Assembly (NCBI GenBank): GCA_050084985.1
Contig: JBITNC010000001.1
Span: 26,350,001 to 26,414,000, forward strand
Direction of reading: 5' to 3'
Source of the DNA: Nageia nagi
Taxonomy: Eukaryota; Plantae; Pinophyta
Length of the DNA: 64,000 nucleotides
Numbering within the stretch: the stretch's first letter is position 1; each line of letters opens with the position of its first letter. The notes under the pieces were generated by a model. That model was not told the origin of the DNA. It ran no database searches and worked only from the letters and a program-made list of their open reading frames with translations. Positions 61,509-64,000 of this stretch are shown here, one piece after another. The position numbers were made by a program, and so were the translations under genes.

Positions 61509-62689
61509 ATCAATTGTTGGGATCCTTTTCTTTCTCGCACGGAACACATCTGAATATCGCAGGCAAAACTTACGAGATCTCAAGCAACATAGTTGGGAAT
61601 GCGTTACCAATTCCCCCGGTTGAAAAGGACTGTGTACCTTCAAGGCTTTTGTTGAAATACCTTGCCAGTGACCTCAACGTCGTGATGTTGTAAGGTTTAT
61701 TCGCTTGGTGTGTTTTCTGAATAGGGATAGATATAGAAATAAAATGCGGTATCTATCTTTGGAATCAGCCTCAATGGAATGGAATGAGAGGTATATAGTC
61801 TGTTAACCAACGATGTTTTATTCTTTGATGCAAAGAGTTTGTTCGGAGCTTTTGTGTGTGGACTTAATGATCATATTTGGTATGAAAGCATAAAGAAAGC
61901 GTAAAGGTAATACTGTAACGAGGTGAAGGAAAAGACCTTGGAGAAAGAAAGAATACTTGGTTAGATACAAGGTTGAGGTTCACTAACGGGAAAGTGTCTA
62001 AGAGTTAATCTCTTCCGGATTGGTTAAGGACTTTTCATCCAATTCAGCCAACCTTGCAAGCAAACAACTTCACGTTCAAAATGCTTCAAAGAGGAGCGGA
62101 GAGGAACGCCAATTGTTGGTTCTCTACGAATAGGACCGATTCAATTGAATGGAAATGAAATGTCTCAAAGTGAATGGATCATGGTTTTCGATGAAGGACT
62201 TAAAAAGATGTCATAAAAGTAGAAATTGACATAGAATACCCAATCAACTTGAATGCTAAGGACCAAGCAACAAACATAGGTAGGCTTCAAGCACTTTTTA
62301 ATGTTTTTTAGAGATAACTTCCCTAAAGCCCAAGAGCGTTCAAAGGAATAAAATGAAAGCACAAAAACCCACTATGAGTGCCCTCAAAGAATCAATCCAT
62401 AGTATCAATATGAAAAGTCTCAAACTCAAGTCTTTGCATTACTTACTTTGTATTTTCTTTGTAAAAGAGTTACATAAAAGTTTTCACAATTTTTCTCCTT
62501 TTACAAAAAATTTGAACTTGTTCTCAAAATTTTCATTCCTTGAAAAAGTTCCAAACTTTCAATCTCCATAAAAGTGACCCCATGGGGTCTATTTATAGAA
62601 TTTCTAGGGTTTCCAAGTGTTGCCCTAATTCTATAAAAAAAATATTACATAGTTGCTTGCTACGACTAAGTCAGCTGACTTTTGGTGCT

Positions 62690-63910
62690 CTACTTACCAG
62701 GTTGACTGATCATGAGAGTAGGGTTAGTCGAGTTTTGGTGCTCAACTTTCCCGGCTGATTGATTTACAAAATTTTCAAAATTTTCGAAAGTGACGAAAAT
62801 TATGGTGGTTGATTTACGGTTTGCACGTGATGCGATGGTGGCCTCAAAGTCCGTGCTCATGAAGATTTCTCTGTTCTTGACTCCGATGTTGAGGATCTCC
62901 ATTGTCCCTTCATTTGCCAACAGATATGCGGTGATGGTCTTTGAAGTCTTCTTCATTTCGCTGCACCATATTGCCATATTGCTGCCATATTTGAGTTGTT
63001 TGCCAGATTTGAGGACATTAATATCTTCAGTTTCGAGGTAAGTGTTGATCATCAGCTGGACCTCATTTATTACTGTGGAATAGTCCCTGCTGCGTCCATC
63101 TTCCTCGATCAACCTTAGATCAAATTGGTATTCAGCTAGCTGTTTTTTCATGTTTTCTTTGAAATTTTTCCTAACTTGGATGAAATCCTGACACTTTGAA
63201 ACAACGTAGAACAACCAATCATACTGGTAAAAGAATTGATGACAATACTCCAGTATTATTGGCATGCTAACAACTTTCCTTCTTAGCTCATCAATTACTT
63301 GATAACTATTGCCCCACTTGGCAATCAGTTCACAGATCCTGTTTTGAGCGATGAACAATCCATTGTCTTCAATAAAGAAATTAGTTATTCCTTGTAATAA
63401 CTCTTGAATAACCTCTTTGGTCTCGTTAAACCACTCTTGTTTGACCGCTTGAATCCCGGTATTCAATGAGATCCGTTTCCTGATGTCTTCAACTGTTAGG
63501 TTAGCAGCTTGGATATCAATGATCAACTTTCTCTTTTCAGCCAATTCTCTTTTCAGCTCCTTGAGCTCCAGCTTTTGTGATGTGTTCTCCTCTGTCAGTG
63601 TTGCAACATTAGAAAGTATTGCATGTTGCGTTCCTAAAGTTCCGATTGCTTTGCATGGCTCTTCACGTGTTTCCACCACTAATACAAATTCTCCATCGGC
63701 ATTCCTTTTCCTTCCTGCTGCAACAGTATCTGTGATGATGGAATTATCCTTCATCGAGGTGTAAGTGGCTACATGCTCAAATTCATTCTCTGATTCCTGA
63801 TCGGTTTCAAGGTCGGCACTGGCCTCGGATGGATGATATGCTCTTATGTTTTTTAAGAGCTCCGCCATGTCGAAATTGTAACTCGGCCTAGGATTGGCAA
63901 CTATAGTCAC
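62690..63910 (-). CDS. Unknown accessory protein (>=406 aa, coiled coil) in the LTR U3 region
   Basis: Uninterrupted 406-codon frame ending about 100 nt before the LTR TATA. The upstream TAA (63911-63913) is CAA in the paralogue, so the ORF originally extended beyond the window. Confidence 0.7.
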   Translation of the reverse strand: MTIVANPRPSYNFDMAELLKNIRAYHPSEASADLETDQESENEFEHVATYTSMKDNSIITDTVAAGRKRNADGEFVLVVETREEPCKAIGTLGTQHAILSNVATLTEENTSQKLELKELKRELAEKRKLIIDIQAANLTVEDIRKRISLNTGIQAVKQEWFNETKEVIQELLQGITNFFIEDNGLFIAQNRICELIAKWGNSYQVIDELRRKVVSMPIILEYCHQFFYQYDWLFYVVSKCQDFIQVRKNFKENMKKQLAEYQFDLRLIEEDGRSRDYSTVINEVQLMINTYLETEDINVLKSGKQLKYGSNMAIWCSEMKKTSKTITAYLLANEGTMEILNIGVKNREIFMSTDFEATIASRANRKSTTIIFVTFENFENFVNQSAGKVEHQNSTNPTLMISQPGK

Positions 63911-64000
63911 TTATCTCTCTGGATTCCCTTGATGTTCTTCCTCTCTCCTTTTCTTCCTCTGATCTTCATCTTCATCTTCATCCTCTTCATTTCCTTTGTC

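Larger units (their letters stand above)
57530..64000 (-). mobile_element. Tat/Ogre-like Gypsy element: 5' LTR (>64000-61515), PBS-Asn, gag, pol deleted, 3' LTR ending at 57530
   Basis: TGTTGGGAT termini at 57530 and 61515; duplicated TATA/U3 block (58340-59850 vs 62440-64000); retrotrans_gag remnant. Confidence 0.85.

Noticed and set aside
44664-64000. SKI2 exon 7 (WA...FPFELD..QKE)
   Set aside because: No matching frame found in the non-TE stretches (44664-45200, 56743-57529); presumed downstream of the window.

Overview
Eukaryotic land-plant DNA from a large, TE-rich genome; fern, lycophyte or gymnosperm is likely but inferred. It contains the first six coding exons (1080 nt, 360 aa) of SKI2, the cytoplasmic exosome cofactor DExH helicase, on the + strand from ATG 4803. 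The helicase core lies beyond the window. Intron 4 (29.4 kb) and intron 6 (>19 kb) are filled with nested retroelements: a very young full-length Ty1/Copia element (12676-21260), two pol-less gag-protease chromovirus-type Gypsy elements, many solo LTRs with TSDs, Tat/Ogre-like elements with large LTRs and a tRNA-Asn PBS, RTEX-like LINEs and a hAT MITE. The most unusual observations are: (1) a condensed PLS-class PPR gene fragment captured in the long, apparently spliceable 5' leader of the young Copia; (2) an array of five 43-nt repeats whose RNA hairpin shows compensatory base changes, lying between two identical polypurine tracts in the same element's 3' region; (3) a >400-aa sense ORF that appears to lie inside the U3 of the Tat/Ogre-like LTRs, with relics in other LTR copies; (4) two LTR pairs that share U3/R but differ in U5. 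All homologies were recognised by eye and no searches were run.
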